DNA of 64,000 nucleotides from an uncultured Gammaproteobacteria bacterium (GTDB lineage: Bacteria; Patescibacteriota; Microgenomatia; Levybacterales; UBA12049). Each line of letters opens with the position of its first letter. Positions within the stretch are counted from its first letter, which is position 1. This document shows, one piece after another, positions 18,897-29,034 of this stretch. Made by a program: the position numbers and the translations under genes. Under the pieces are notes generated by a model. It had not been told where the DNA came from and ran no database searches. It worked only from the letters and a program-made list of their open reading frames with translations. The stretch is from contig CAZFRF010000001.1 in the NCBI GenBank assembly GCA_964521295.1, positions 7,751 through 71,750 on the forward strand. Direction: 5' to 3'.

Positions 18897-20092
18897 GTAA
18901 ATCAATTTCAGATATTATTAATCTAAATGAGCAGTGGCATAAATCTATTGAAAATTTATTGGAAAAATATAAATATATTTATGGACTATCTATAATTAAA
19001 AAAACGAAGTTAATTACAAATTCATTTTATAATTATTGCTTAAAAGGTAAATATTTTGTTGTTATTGCACTGTATAACAGTAAAAAAGAATTTTTTGTTC
19101 AAAAAGATTTATTAGAAGATGATAATAAATTGGATTTGGTTGGAGGATGGGTTAAGGATGGAGAATCATTTGATCAAGCACTTGAAAGAATAGTTGATAA
19201 AGAAACAGGAAATAAGCTAGTAGAGTCTATGCCTGTGGCTTTGGTTAATAATTTTTATCATACAAAAGATAATAAAAAAATTTCTCATCAAGGAATTGCT
19301 TTTTTGGGGAGAGTGCTACATGATTCTGTTTCTACTCAAAATGGGATATTTACATCAAATCAGAACGCTTTTTTAAGCGATAGAGATCTTGAGATTCTCA
19401 GGCTATGCAAGAAAATATTAAATGAAAAAATAATAGATCCACCTTTAGATGAGGTAGATGAGAATTTTAATGGAAAGCATCTAATTAAATTTAACAATAA
19501 AATAATTAAACCTCTAATATACTTGTTTAGCTCAAGAATTCTTTCAAATTGTATACTTGAGCATATTACATATGAAAATACTAAGAAGATCGGATATGTT
19601 CTTGATGTATCCTGTGGAGATGATAAGTCCATTTTGAAAATAGCTCAAAAATCAAGATTATTAGTTGCAAATGATATTTCTAGGAGCAAAATGGAGCCTT
19701 TAATTTATGCGTATGAGAATAAAAATATTATTTTTACAAATCAAAATTTATTGGATTTGAGTTACAAAATTAAATTTGATATTGTTATTTGCAAGAATAC
19801 TATGCATCACATGAAGACACCAGAGGAAATAGAATTATTAATTGATGTATTAAAAAGATATTCTAAGAATAGGATAATTCTAATGGATATTGAAGATCCT
19901 CAAAAAAGCATACTCGCTAAGGCTTGGAATATGTATTACAGAAAGATAATGGATGATCATGGAGGATTATTTATAACATTTAATCAATTCAAAGAGATCA
20001 TAAGATTAAAATTTCCTAATGCATCAAATATTTTAAATAAAAGAGTAAGGACAATAAAAGGTCAATATATGGTTAGTATTATAGATTTATGA
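18893..20092 (+). CDS. Fusion protein: degenerate Nudix-like N-domain plus class-I SAM-methyltransferase-like C-domain
   Basis: Nudix box remnant GgwvkdGEsfdqalERIVDKETG with the catalytic Glu positions substituted; methyltransferase-like motif I VLDVSCGDD with an acidic LLVANDIS. Confidence 0.45.
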   Translation: MSKSISDIINLNEQWHKSIENLLEKYKYIYGLSIIKKTKLITNSFYNYCLKGKYFVVIALYNSKKEFFVQKDLLEDDNKLDLVGGWVKDGESFDQALERIVDKETGNKLVESMPVALVNNFYHTKDNKKISHQGIAFLGRVLHDSVSTQNGIFTSNQNAFLSDRDLEILRLCKKILNEKIIDPPLDEVDENFNGKHLIKFNNKIIKPLIYLFSSRILSNCILEHITYENTKKIGYVLDVSCGDDKSILKIAQKSRLLVANDISRSKMEPLIYAYENKNIIFTNQNLLDLSYKIKFDIVICKNTMHHMKTPEEIELLIDVLKRYSKNRIILMDIEDPQKSILAKAWNMYYRKIMDDHGGLFITFNQFKEIIRLKFPNASNILNKRVRTIKGQYMVSIIDL

Positions 20093-20652
20093 ATACCAAT
20101 AACAAAGAAATAGAAGCTCGTTTTTTAGAAATCGAGTATAAAGAAATAATAAAAAAATTGAAAAAACTTAAGGCAATAGATTTGGGTGAAGATTTGCTTA
20201 AGGAGCTAATATTTTATGATAAAAAAATGACTTGGAGAAAAAAACAAATTTTTGTAAGACTAAGACAGACAAATGGAAAAATATATTTAACATATAAACA
20301 TCATAAGGCAGTAAAAATTGATGGCGCCACTGAAATTGAGCTTGAAGTAAATAGTTTAAATGCCGCTAAAAGTTTTTTATTGCAATTAGGACTTGTTTGT
20401 TATAGACAGCAGGAAAAGAGAAGGCATAAATTTAAATTAGGAAATGTAATATTTGATTTTGATACGTGGCCTAATATACCAACATATTTAGAAGTTGAAG
20501 GGGATTCAGAGGAGGATATAAAAATTGCCGTAAAAAAAACTGATCTAGATTTTTCTCAAGCTGTTTTTATTGATGCCAAAGGAATTATTGAAGATATATA
20601 TAAAATTCCAGTTTCTACATATAAGCATTTTACTTTTACAAAGATTGGATAA
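20089..20652 (+). CDS. CYTH-domain (triphosphate tunnel metalloenzyme / CyaB-like) protein
   Basis: N-terminal EIEARF (ExExK-like), RLR, TYK and ExE motifs (EIELEV, LEVEG) in CYTH order. Confidence 0.55.
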   Translation: MNTNNKEIEARFLEIEYKEIIKKLKKLKAIDLGEDLLKELIFYDKKMTWRKKQIFVRLRQTNGKIYLTYKHHKAVKIDGATEIELEVNSLNAAKSFLLQLGLVCYRQQEKRRHKFKLGNVIFDFDTWPNIPTYLEVEGDSEEDIKIAVKKTDLDFSQAVFIDAKGIIEDIYKIPVSTYKHFTFTKIG

Positions 20653-20694
20653 GAGTCTTCTAAATTTTAGAATCATCTGATATACTCTTATGAC

Positions 20695-21816
20695 ATGTTA
20701 GTTACGATCTTAATCTTTCTTCTAATTCTTTCCATTTTAGTCTTAATTCATGAAGCTGGTCATTTTTTTACCGCTAAATTTTTTGGGATAAAAGTAGAAG
20801 AGTTTGGTTTTGGTTTGCCACCTCGAGTGTTCGGTATTAAAAGAGGTGAGACAATTTATTCTCTAAATCTTCTTCCAATTGGTGGATTTGTAAAATTATA
20901 TGGTGAAGATGATGCCGGGAGCGGATCGGTTAATTTAAAGCAAGCTTCAGAGTTACCTAAAAAAGATTTAGGTAGGGCTTTTTATGCTCGTCCTGTTTGG
21001 CAAAGAGCAGCGGTAGTGGTTGCCGGGGTATTTATGAATTTTGTTTTAGCGGTTGCGATAGTTACTATACTTTTTTCTGTAGTTGGTGTAACAAGCCCTG
21101 GTAAAGATGTGATTGTTGATAAGGTTTTGCAAAACTCGCCAGCTCAGGCTAGTGGCTTAAAAACAGGGGATATTATTAAAAAAATAAACGGGCAAATCAT
21201 CACCAGCCCTTCAGAATTAGTAGTAATTACAAAAAAACATTTAGGCGAAAAAATTACATTAGAAGTTAAAGATCAAAATTCTAAATCTAAAATTTTAACT
21301 GTTACGCCTCGTAAAAATTCGCCTAAAAATGAAGGGCCTATGGGAATTGCCATTTCTCAATCTGTAGTAACTAAAAAATATCCTTGGTACCAAGCCCCTT
21401 TTGTTGGAACTAAAGAAGTATTGAATCAATCATTTATGATAGCTCAGGGTCTTTTTACAGTTGTATTTCAATTAGTCACTAAAGCTAGTGTTCCTCAGGA
21501 TGTTGCTGGTCCAGTTGGAATAGCTCAGCTAACGGGAACAATGGTTAGTATTGGTCTTCCAGCTGTTTTATCTTTCATTGCGCTTTTGTCATTAAATTTA
21601 GCTATTGTGAATATCTTGCCAATACCAGCTTTAGACGGTGGAAGACTGCTATTTATCTTAGTAGAGGGAGTAACGGGTAAAAAAGTAAATGCAAAATATG
21701 AAAATGCAGCTCATACAATTGGAATGGCACTTTTACTTGGATTGATTGCGTTAATAACGATTCACGATTTAATTAGAGTGTTTTCCGGTCAACCTTTAAT
21801 TCCCCAAATAAAATAA
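20695..21816 (+). CDS. rseP: RIP site-2 zinc metalloprotease
   Basis: HEAGHFF zinc motif, a PDZ-like middle region and a C-terminal LDGG motif. Confidence 0.85.
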   Translation: MLVTILIFLLILSILVLIHEAGHFFTAKFFGIKVEEFGFGLPPRVFGIKRGETIYSLNLLPIGGFVKLYGEDDAGSGSVNLKQASELPKKDLGRAFYARPVWQRAAVVVAGVFMNFVLAVAIVTILFSVVGVTSPGKDVIVDKVLQNSPAQASGLKTGDIIKKINGQIITSPSELVVITKKHLGEKITLEVKDQNSKSKILTVTPRKNSPKNEGPMGIAISQSVVTKKYPWYQAPFVGTKEVLNQSFMIAQGLFTVVFQLVTKASVPQDVAGPVGIAQLTGTMVSIGLPAVLSFIALLSLNLAIVNILPIPALDGGRLLFILVEGVTGKKVNAKYENAAHTIGMALLLGLIALITIHDLIRVFSGQPLIPQIK

Positions 21817-22481
21817 TGCAAATTATTAAAGTTAAAAATCCTTTAAGTGGAGTAGATATTGCTAAGGAGATTTTATATAAAAATGTAAATACAAGAACAG
21901 TCTTATTTTTATCTGGAGGATCAACCCCTAAGCTTTTATATGAAACCTTAGCTCAAGAAAAGAAACTAAATTCGGGCGCAGTGGCCATGGTTGATGAGCG
22001 ATTTGGTGAAAGATTACACATAGATTCTAATGAATTAATGATTAAAAATACTAAGTTTTTAAATTATTTAGAATCTAAAAATATTAAATTTTTTCCAATC
22101 CTAAATAATGAATCATTAGAAAGTACGAGTCTAAATTATGATGAGACTTCAAGATTTTTGTTTAATCATTTTTCAAAAACCGTTGCGATTATGGGGATAG
22201 GTGAGGATGGACATACAGCTGGAATTCCGATTGGAACAGATAATAGTATTTCGGATTTGGTAACTTTTTATACAAATTTTCCTGGTAAATTAAATAAGAG
22301 AATTTCTTTAACCTATGCTGCATTAGAGCAAATAGACTTATTAATTGTTTTAGTTTTTGGAAAAGAAAAGCAGAAAATTTTAAATAAAATTTTTAAAGAG
22401 GGAAGCCTTGCTGAGATTCCAGCTAGAATATTTCAAAAACTTGATAATAAAACACTTTTAATTACAGATTTAAAGACCTAA
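21816..22481 (+). CDS. pgl: 6-phosphogluconolactonase
   Basis: NagB/RpiA/DevB-family pattern (VLFLSGGSTP...GIGEDGHTAG); zwf and gnd lie nearby. Confidence 0.7.
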   Translation: MQIIKVKNPLSGVDIAKEILYKNVNTRTVLFLSGGSTPKLLYETLAQEKKLNSGAVAMVDERFGERLHIDSNELMIKNTKFLNYLESKNIKFFPILNNESLESTSLNYDETSRFLFNHFSKTVAIMGIGEDGHTAGIPIGTDNSISDLVTFYTNFPGKLNKRISLTYAALEQIDLLIVLVFGKEKQKILNKIFKEGSLAEIPARIFQKLDNKTLLITDLKT

Positions 22482-23366
22482 TACAAAGGGAATAGTAGGT
22501 TTTTGAATTCTAACACCTAAGTTAACAATTGATTGCGCTGCAGCTAAGGCCTTATCTCTTGCTTCTTCACTCCAATAACTTTGTTTTCTACCCTTTGGTT
22601 TATCATCGGGTTTACTTTGATAAACTATATGCTCAGATCCTGTTTGGGGGGATAAAACACTAAATTCCTCTAAAACACCAAACCCAGATTGTTCTCTTCT
22701 ACCGATAAGATGATCTTTATTTGCAGTTATAAACCATGTTCCCAAATTTTCTGCTGGTAACGAGATGCTTAATCCGGTTAAGTTTGGAAAAGGTCTAAGA
22801 AAAGTTCCCCAGAATTGATCAATTATGGTTGGATATTGAAGACGATGGGCTGGGGTTGGAGTATGGGCTTCTTCTGGTTTTTGTTGCTCGGCTGGTGAAA
22901 GTAAATCTCCTAGATACAAATCAATCATTTCTAGAGAACTAGGGGAGTTTTTATAATCATGCGTTCTGTGTCTACTGCCTGCTTTATTCCACCAGCTTAG
23001 CTGAGGTTTATCTTGTACACCTATTGTAAAGCCACCTGTAGTCAGAGTTCTGTGGTGGGGGGTTTGCGATGCAGAAATATAAGTGTCTGGTCGAAAATGA
23101 ATTCGCCATCTAGAATTATTTGTATTTGCATTAATTGTCATTCCTGAAGGTAATTGTTCCGGGTCGACTCTTAGCCAAGCTGAGTTAATTCTTTCTTGGA
23201 CGGAAAGAAAATATTCCGTAATCTCCGCTGGGGTAAGACTTGTAGATCTCGGAGGAGTTACTGGGGTTTTGGGTTGGTCAATTTGTTGAGCTCTTGATTT
23301 TTCAGAATACGGAGCCAGTGGTTGTCCACCAGGAATACCTCTTTCTGGAAATATTGGTCTTGGCAT
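22470..23366 (-). CDS. Hypothetical protein, atypical composition (Pro/Arg/Gln/Ser-rich)
   Basis: Long ORF; a minus-strand TTGACA-17-TATATT promoter at 23374-23402 lies 7 nt from the ATG. Confidence 0.45.
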   Translation of the reverse strand: MPRPIFPERGIPGGQPLAPYSEKSRAQQIDQPKTPVTPPRSTSLTPAEITEYFLSVQERINSAWLRVDPEQLPSGMTINANTNNSRWRIHFRPDTYISASQTPHHRTLTTGGFTIGVQDKPQLSWWNKAGSRHRTHDYKNSPSSLEMIDLYLGDLLSPAEQQKPEEAHTPTPAHRLQYPTIIDQFWGTFLRPFPNLTGLSISLPAENLGTWFITANKDHLIGRREQSGFGVLEEFSVLSPQTGSEHIVYQSKPDDKPKGRKQSYWSEEARDKALAAAQSIVNLGVRIQKPTIPFVLGL

Positions 23367-23373
23367 TTTGCCA

Positions 23374-23402
23374 ATATACTATTGCAAAGATTTAATGTCA
23401 AT
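23374..23402 (-). promoter_or_regulatory. Consensus sigma70-type promoter (TTGACA-17-TATATT) driving a leaderless transcript of the 22470-23366 gene
   Basis: Hexamers read on the minus strand. Confidence 0.4.
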
Positions 23403-23600
23403 AATTATTTAGGAAGTCTTTTGCTTGCAGTATATGGACCTCTAACGATTTCAGGTCCAGTTGAGAGATAGTGTCTTTGGAGCGTGGTTTCAGTATTAGG
23501 TTTTCTTTCCCCAGGTGTAGCTGTAGTTACTCTGAGTCCATCTTGTTTTAAGGCAGCTACGAATAGGGATTCTGTTAATGATTAATCAATTCTTTTCATA

Positions 23601-24896
23601 TTAATCTAAAATTTTACTTAAGGCTACTAAATAGGAAGCTTCTTTTAAGTTAGTTTTTTTCTTTTTTGCTGTATTCCAAACATTATCAAAAGCTTTTTTC
23701 ATAATATTTTCTAGTCTTTGTAAGACTTTTTCTTTTTCATAAACTGTATATTTTAAATTTTGTTCCCATTCAATAAAGCTACCTGCAACCCCACCAGAAT
23801 TAGCTAAGACATCTGGAACAATGGTAGTTTTTTTGCGATCTAAAAAGTGAAATGCTTCTGGTGTGATTGGACCATTTGCCATTTCAATAATGACTTTGGC
23901 TTTAATGTTTTGCATATTTGATTCGTTAATTACGTTTTCTAGTGCTGCGGGTACTAAAATATCAACTGGAAGAGTGAGGAGTTCCTCATTTGTTATTAGT
24001 TGTCCACCTCGCGTATCACAAACTCCACCAGCACAGTAACAGCCATTTAAACTGCCTTTTTCGACCTTACATTCATAAACTAGGGGAATATCTAAAGGAA
24101 TAAAATTGCCTTGTTCATCTTTTTTGACAATGCCACCTTTGGAGTCTGAAACAGCGATAATTTTAAAGCCTGCATCTTGGGCAAGTTTTGCAAAGAAATA
24201 GCCAACATTGCCAAAACCCATAATTGCAATTGTGGTTTGTTGTGGTTTTAATTTTAATTTTTTAGTTAGTTCTTTAAGAATAGCAACGCCTCCAAAGCCG
24301 GTTGCCTCGGTTCTACCAGCAAGCCCATTTCTAGCTTTTCCAGTAAAAGTTGCGTATAAATCATTAGGATTTTTAACTAACTTTTTATTTATCTTTATAT
24401 ATTCATCTGTCATCCAATCAATAATTTTTGGGTTTGTATTTACATCAGGAGCGGGAATATCTTTACGTGGACCAATATTATCAGCTATGCTTTTTATAAA
24501 TTTTCTGGAAACTTCTTCTAATTGTTTTTGAGTTAGGGATTTTGGATCAACTGCAATTCCGCCTTTGCCACCACCGAAGGGAAGTCCTGCAATAGCGCAT
24601 TTTAGACTCATCCATAATGACAATGCCATCACTTCGTCTTTATTTACTTTTTGATGGAACCTAAGACCTCCTTTATAAGGTCCTAAGTTATTATTATGTT
24701 GACTTCTGTAGCCTTTAAAGGTGATTGTTTGCTTATCGATGGTTAAGGGGATTTTTACTTCTATAACTTTGTCTGGTTCGAGGAATTCTTGAAGCTTATC
24801 CTTAGGTAAATTGTACTTTTCACCTATGCTTAAAATTTCTTCTCTGGACTTTTCAAATGTACCTTGATTATCCATATACAGAATAAAAGTATACAC
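23601..24896 (-). CDS. gdhA: Glutamate dehydrogenase (Glu/Leu/Phe/Val dehydrogenase family)
   Basis: KGGLRFH...GLPFGGGKGG catalytic Lys box and a Rossmann GFGNVG motif. Confidence 0.9.
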   Translation of the reverse strand: MYTFILYMDNQGTFEKSREEILSIGEKYNLPKDKLQEFLEPDKVIEVKIPLTIDKQTITFKGYRSQHNNNLGPYKGGLRFHQKVNKDEVMALSLWMSLKCAIAGLPFGGGKGGIAVDPKSLTQKQLEEVSRKFIKSIADNIGPRKDIPAPDVNTNPKIIDWMTDEYIKINKKLVKNPNDLYATFTGKARNGLAGRTEATGFGGVAILKELTKKLKLKPQQTTIAIMGFGNVGYFFAKLAQDAGFKIIAVSDSKGGIVKKDEQGNFIPLDIPLVYECKVEKGSLNGCYCAGGVCDTRGGQLITNEELLTLPVDILVPAALENVINESNMQNIKAKVIIEMANGPITPEAFHFLDRKKTTIVPDVLANSGGVAGSFIEWEQNLKYTVYEKEKVLQRLENIMKKAFDNVWNTAKKKKTNLKEASYLVALSKILD

Positions 24897-24926
24897 CTAT
24901 TTTAGTGCTTTTCAAATGGTATTATT

Positions 24927-26387
24927 ATGTTTAGAATAGTAAAAATGCCAGGTCTTTTGTTAAATGAGGTAAAGTCTCCTTTCATAATGGTAATTTTTGG
25001 TGCAACAGGAGATTTGGCACAGCACAAGCTAATTCCATCCCTCTTTGCGCTTTTTACCCAGGATCTTTTGCCTAAAGATTTTTATATAATTGGTTTTTCG
25101 AGAAGAGAATTTACGAAAGATGAATTTCATAAATATTTTGAGCATTTACAACAAAAGACAGGCTGGAATGAGTTTAGCAAGCATCTTTTTTATCAATCTG
25201 GAAGTTTCGAAGAAGATAAAGGTTATTTAGATTTAAATAAAAAATTAGAAGAAATAGATGAAAAATTAGGCGCATGTGTTACTCGCTTTTTCTATCTTGC
25301 AACCCCACCTGATCACTACGAACAGATTCTAGAAAAATTAGTTTCAACAAAATTAAATGAAGGTTGTGGTCATGAAGGCAATAGTTGGACCAGAATAATT
25401 TTAGAAAAGCCTTTTGGTAAGGATTTAGAAACAGCTAGAAAATTGGATCAGAAATTATCAGACATTTTTGATGAAAAACAAATCTTTAGAGTTGATCATT
25501 ATCTTGGAAAAGAAACAGTGCAAAACATGCTTGCCTTTAGATTTGCTAATGGTATTTTTGAACCAGTTTGGAATAAAAATTTAATTGATCACGTTCAAAT
25601 TACATTTGCTGAAGAGGAGGGAGTAAAAAGACGAGGAAGATTTTTTGATGGAGTAGGTATACTTAGAGATATTGCTCAGAATCATTTAATGCAACTAATT
25701 GCTGCAGTTGCGATGGAGCAGCCCCGTAGTTTTACAAAAGAAGATTTAAGAGAGCAAAGGGCTAAAGTAATTTCGGCAATAACTTTAGATAAAGATAGTG
25801 AAGTTGTTAGAGCCCAGTACGAAGGTTACCTAGATGAAAAAGATGTTGACCCTAATTCTTTAACAGATACATTTGTCGCAATGAAAATGTTTGTGAATAC
25901 TCCTAGATTTGAAGGAGTACCTTTTTATGTAAGGGCAGGTAAGAAGATGCCTAAAGAAGTTGTGGAGATTTCTGTAGTATTTGTACAGACCTGTCACATT
26001 CTATTTAAAGAATATGGGTGTCCAGAAATAGGAAACGTTATTACATTTAGAATTCAACCAAATGAGGGAATCTCCTTAAGATTTATTGCTAAAACTCCAG
26101 GTGCGAAATTAGGACTTGAAAGTGTTGACATGAAATTTAATTACAAAGAAAGTTTTGGAACATCTGGAATCGAGGCATATGAGCGAATACTTTTGGATAT
26201 TTTTGCAGGAGATCAAATGCTTTTTAACAGAAGTGATGAACTTGATAGTTCATGGACTTTAATAACCCAAATACTGACTAAATGGAAAGCAGAAAAAGAA
26301 AAATTGGAAAGTTATCCTGTTTCAAGTTTTGGTCCTAAGAAAGCTTTTGATTTAATTGAAAAAGATGGGAGGAAGTGGTTGGTTTAG
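24927..26387 (+). CDS. zwf: Glucose-6-phosphate 1-dehydrogenase
   Basis: FGATGDLA NADP motif and RVDHYLGKE active-site motif. Confidence 0.9.
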   Translation: MFRIVKMPGLLLNEVKSPFIMVIFGATGDLAQHKLIPSLFALFTQDLLPKDFYIIGFSRREFTKDEFHKYFEHLQQKTGWNEFSKHLFYQSGSFEEDKGYLDLNKKLEEIDEKLGACVTRFFYLATPPDHYEQILEKLVSTKLNEGCGHEGNSWTRIILEKPFGKDLETARKLDQKLSDIFDEKQIFRVDHYLGKETVQNMLAFRFANGIFEPVWNKNLIDHVQITFAEEEGVKRRGRFFDGVGILRDIAQNHLMQLIAAVAMEQPRSFTKEDLREQRAKVISAITLDKDSEVVRAQYEGYLDEKDVDPNSLTDTFVAMKMFVNTPRFEGVPFYVRAGKKMPKEVVEISVVFVQTCHILFKEYGCPEIGNVITFRIQPNEGISLRFIAKTPGAKLGLESVDMKFNYKESFGTSGIEAYERILLDIFAGDQMLFNRSDELDSSWTLITQILTKWKAEKEKLESYPVSSFGPKKAFDLIEKDGRKWLV

Positions 26388-26388
26388 T

Positions 26389-27303
26389 ATGCAAATAGGT
26401 TTTATTGGTCTGGGAAAAATGGGCGGGAGAATGGTGCAGAAATTAATTGACGATAAACATGAGGTTTTTGCATGGAACAGAACTTTTGAAGTAAGTAAAG
26501 CTTTGCAGAAAGAAAATCCTAAATTAAATATCGTTGAAAATATAGAAGAATTAGCAGGCAAGCTAAAATCTCCGAAAGTAATTTGGTTAATGGTTCCAGC
26601 CGCAGCTGTTGATGAAATTTTAAAAGAAGTAACTAAATATATTGAAAAAGGAGATATCGTAATTGATGGTGGAAATTCAAATTATTTAGATACTGAAAAA
26701 AGATTTAATTTTTTCGAGAAAAAAGGAATTAAATTTTTAGGAGTTGGTACAAGTGGAGGAATTTTAGCAATTAATAATGGCTATCCTTTTATGGTTGGTG
26801 GAAATAAATCTGCTTATCTAAAAATCATTCCGCTTTTAGATACATTAGCAAAACCAAATGGTGGGCATGAATATTTTGGGACTGGTGGAGCAGGGCATTT
26901 TGTAAAAATGGTACACAATGGAATTGAATATGGAATCATGCAGTCTTTAGGTGAGGGATTTGAAGTTTTGGAAAAATCAAAATATAAATTTAATTTAGTA
27001 AATGTTGCTAAGCTCTGGCAAAAGGGGACACTTGTTTCGGGATTTTTATTAGATAGAGCAAAAGATGCATTGGTTAAAAATCCAACACTTGATGATATCA
27101 AAGGAGAAATTGATGCATCAGGTGAGGCCTTGTGGACAATTGAAGCAGCCAAAAAAGAAAAAGTAGCTGTAGAGATTATTGAAAGATCTTTAGATTATAG
27201 AGCAAGGTCTAAAACTGATAAAAAAATTCAGACAAGTTTTACAGCTAGGATGGTAGCAGCATTAAGAAGAGAATTTGGCGGACATAGTGTTAAAAAAGTT
27301 TGA
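26389..27303 (+). CDS. gnd: 6-phosphogluconate dehydrogenase, short (~300 aa) form
   Basis: IGLGKMGGRM Rossmann motif; the ATG at 26389 just after the zwf stop is preferred over the listed 26356 start. Confidence 0.82.
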   Translation: MQIGFIGLGKMGGRMVQKLIDDKHEVFAWNRTFEVSKALQKENPKLNIVENIEELAGKLKSPKVIWLMVPAAAVDEILKEVTKYIEKGDIVIDGGNSNYLDTEKRFNFFEKKGIKFLGVGTSGGILAINNGYPFMVGGNKSAYLKIIPLLDTLAKPNGGHEYFGTGGAGHFVKMVHNGIEYGIMQSLGEGFEVLEKSKYKFNLVNVAKLWQKGTLVSGFLLDRAKDALVKNPTLDDIKGEIDASGEALWTIEAAKKEKVAVEIIERSLDYRARSKTDKKIQTSFTARMVAALRREFGGHSVKKV

Positions 27304-27316
27304 TATAATCTTTTTT

Positions 27317-27643
27317 ATGGAAAATATTACAATTGATGATTTTAAAAAAGTAGAAATAAGAATTGGAAAAGTTGTTGAGTGCGTTAAGATGGAAAACGCA
27401 GATAAACTTCTAAAGCTCCAAGTTGATTTTGGGGAATTTAAAAGACAAATATTATCTGCAATTGCCGAGTATTTTACACCAGAAGATTTAATTGGTAAAA
27501 AACTTCCCTTTATTGTTAATTTAGAGCCAAGAGTTATGCGTGGAGAAGAGTCGCAAGGAATGCTTATGGCTGTTGATGGAGTAGACAGACCGGTTCTTTT
27601 AGAACCACAAGGTGAAGTTACTGAAGGCTCAATAGTTGTTTAA
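27317..27643 (+). CDS. tRNA-binding domain protein (CsaA/Trbp111/EMAP-like OB fold)
   Basis: VEIRIGKVVECVKMENADKLLKLQVDFGE is the typical tRNA-binding OB-fold signature; internal ATG at 27317 preferred. Confidence 0.65.
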   Translation: MENITIDDFKKVEIRIGKVVECVKMENADKLLKLQVDFGEFKRQILSAIAEYFTPEDLIGKKLPFIVNLEPRVMRGEESQGMLMAVDGVDRPVLLEPQGEVTEGSIVV

Positions 27644-28318
27644 AAACTCAATTACTTTTTGAATATTTCCCTCCAAACTTTCTAATAATAAATCTGGATT
27701 TTCTTTTTGTAAATCTTCATAGCTAAATTTTCCCGTAGCAATAGCGATAACTTTTATGCCAGCTTCTCGTGCGCAGAGAATATCTTTTGGAGTGTCGCCA
27801 ATAATTACAAAATCATCAGTTTGATATTCTTTATTAAATTTTTTACTCGCATTTTCTCTAGCTATTTCAACAAGTTCTGATCTCACATGCGCTTGACTAC
27901 CAAATGCTCCGAAAGAAATGTAATCTTTTAGGCCAACACTGTCTAATTTAATCCAAGCAAGTCCCTCAACGTTTCCGGTTAAAACCCCCATAGGGGTATT
28001 ATGATTTTTAATTTCTTTAAGTAGATCAAAAACGCCAGGTAAAACATCAAGTTTAATTTCTAATTTATTAGTTTCAGCATATTCAATAACCGCTTGAATT
28101 TCTTGGGGAAGTTTTTCTAATATTTGTTCTTCGGTTAACCCATGTAGTTTTAAAACTTCAACAACTATTTGATTATCAACCATTCCTTCTGGATCTATTT
28201 CAGAATGATATGCATCAATTCCATAGGCTTTTTTAACTCCGTAATGAAAAGCATCTCTATTAATACCGCTACCGGTTTTAACAAGAGTTCCATCAATATC
28301 AAATAAAGGAATTTTCAT
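27629..28318 (-). CDS. HAD-superfamily hydrolase
   Basis: Motif I FDIDGTL, then GDTPKD and IGD motifs. Confidence 0.75.
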   Translation of the reverse strand: MKIPLFDIDGTLVKTGSGINRDAFHYGVKKAYGIDAYHSEIDPEGMVDNQIVVEVLKLHGLTEEQILEKLPQEIQAVIEYAETNKLEIKLDVLPGVFDLLKEIKNHNTPMGVLTGNVEGLAWIKLDSVGLKDYISFGAFGSQAHVRSELVEIARENASKKFNKEYQTDDFVIIGDTPKDILCAREAGIKVIAIATGKFSYEDLQKENPDLLLESLEGNIQKVIEFLNNY

Positions 28319-29034
28319 TTTATAAAATATTCTCTAGGCTCGTAAAAATTTGGATCATTGAGCATTTCTGTAATTAAACTTAAGGCAGGTTTAAATGGAA
28401 TTGCGGAGTAATTATCACATATGGAGTTAAATGTTTGTTCAACATGCATACCCTCTGATTTTTGTTTCATGGAAGTAATAAAGGTTTTTGCATCCACTAA
28501 GCCAGTCTCTTTATAATATCCGTTAAAGCTATTGTGTAGTCTAATTCCTTTAGCGAGATATTCAATGGCTTCTTGAGAAAGTCTTGTGTCTTTTAAGACT
28601 TCAAAGGCAATGACTGATCCAGCATATTCATGTCCCAAAGCTTGAGTTGTACCATCTGGCTTTTGTTCAAGTATAGGTTTTATTTTTCCATTTTCATTAA
28701 AGCATGTCATTTTTCCAATGTCGTGGATAAGAGCTAATATTTGTAGTAAGATTTCTTTTCTTACGCCGCCTACTGTCTGCTTTAAAAATTCTAAATACTT
28801 TTCTTTAGCTTGGGGATTAGTTATTTTTTCACCTTTTATTTCTATCTTTGCCTTTTCAAACGCTTTTATTAAATGATCATAAACTGATTCATGGTCGTGG
28901 TAAGGATTGTTTTCGATGACATTTTTTAATTTTAAAAACAGGGGAGAAGTAATAATTTTTTGTGAAATTGTCTCAATATCCATCTTTGCAAAAGTATACA
29001 ATATTTTTTTAAAAACTGATATACTCATGAACAT
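28315..29034 (-). CDS. HD-domain phosphohydrolase
   Basis: HD...HDIGK metal-binding motifs. Confidence 0.55.
   Translation of the reverse strand: MFMSISVFKKILYTFAKMDIETISQKIITSPLFLKLKNVIENNPYHDHESVYDHLIKAFEKAKIEIKGEKITNPQAKEKYLEFLKQTVGGVRKEILLQILALIHDIGKMTCFNENGKIKPILEQKPDGTTQALGHEYAGSVIAFEVLKDTRLSQEAIEYLAKGIRLHNSFNGYYKETGLVDAKTFITSMKQKSEGMHVEQTFNSICDNYSAIPFKPALSLITEMLNDPNFYEPREYFIK

Noticed and set aside
26352-27152. Minus-strand ORFs 26352-26561 and 26814-27152 within gnd
   Set aside because: Antisense to conserved 6PGDH coding sequence.
28907-29026. Listed upstream extension of proS (start at 28907)
   Set aside because: It would overlap 120 nt of the convergently annotated HD-domain gene; ATG at 29027 preferred.
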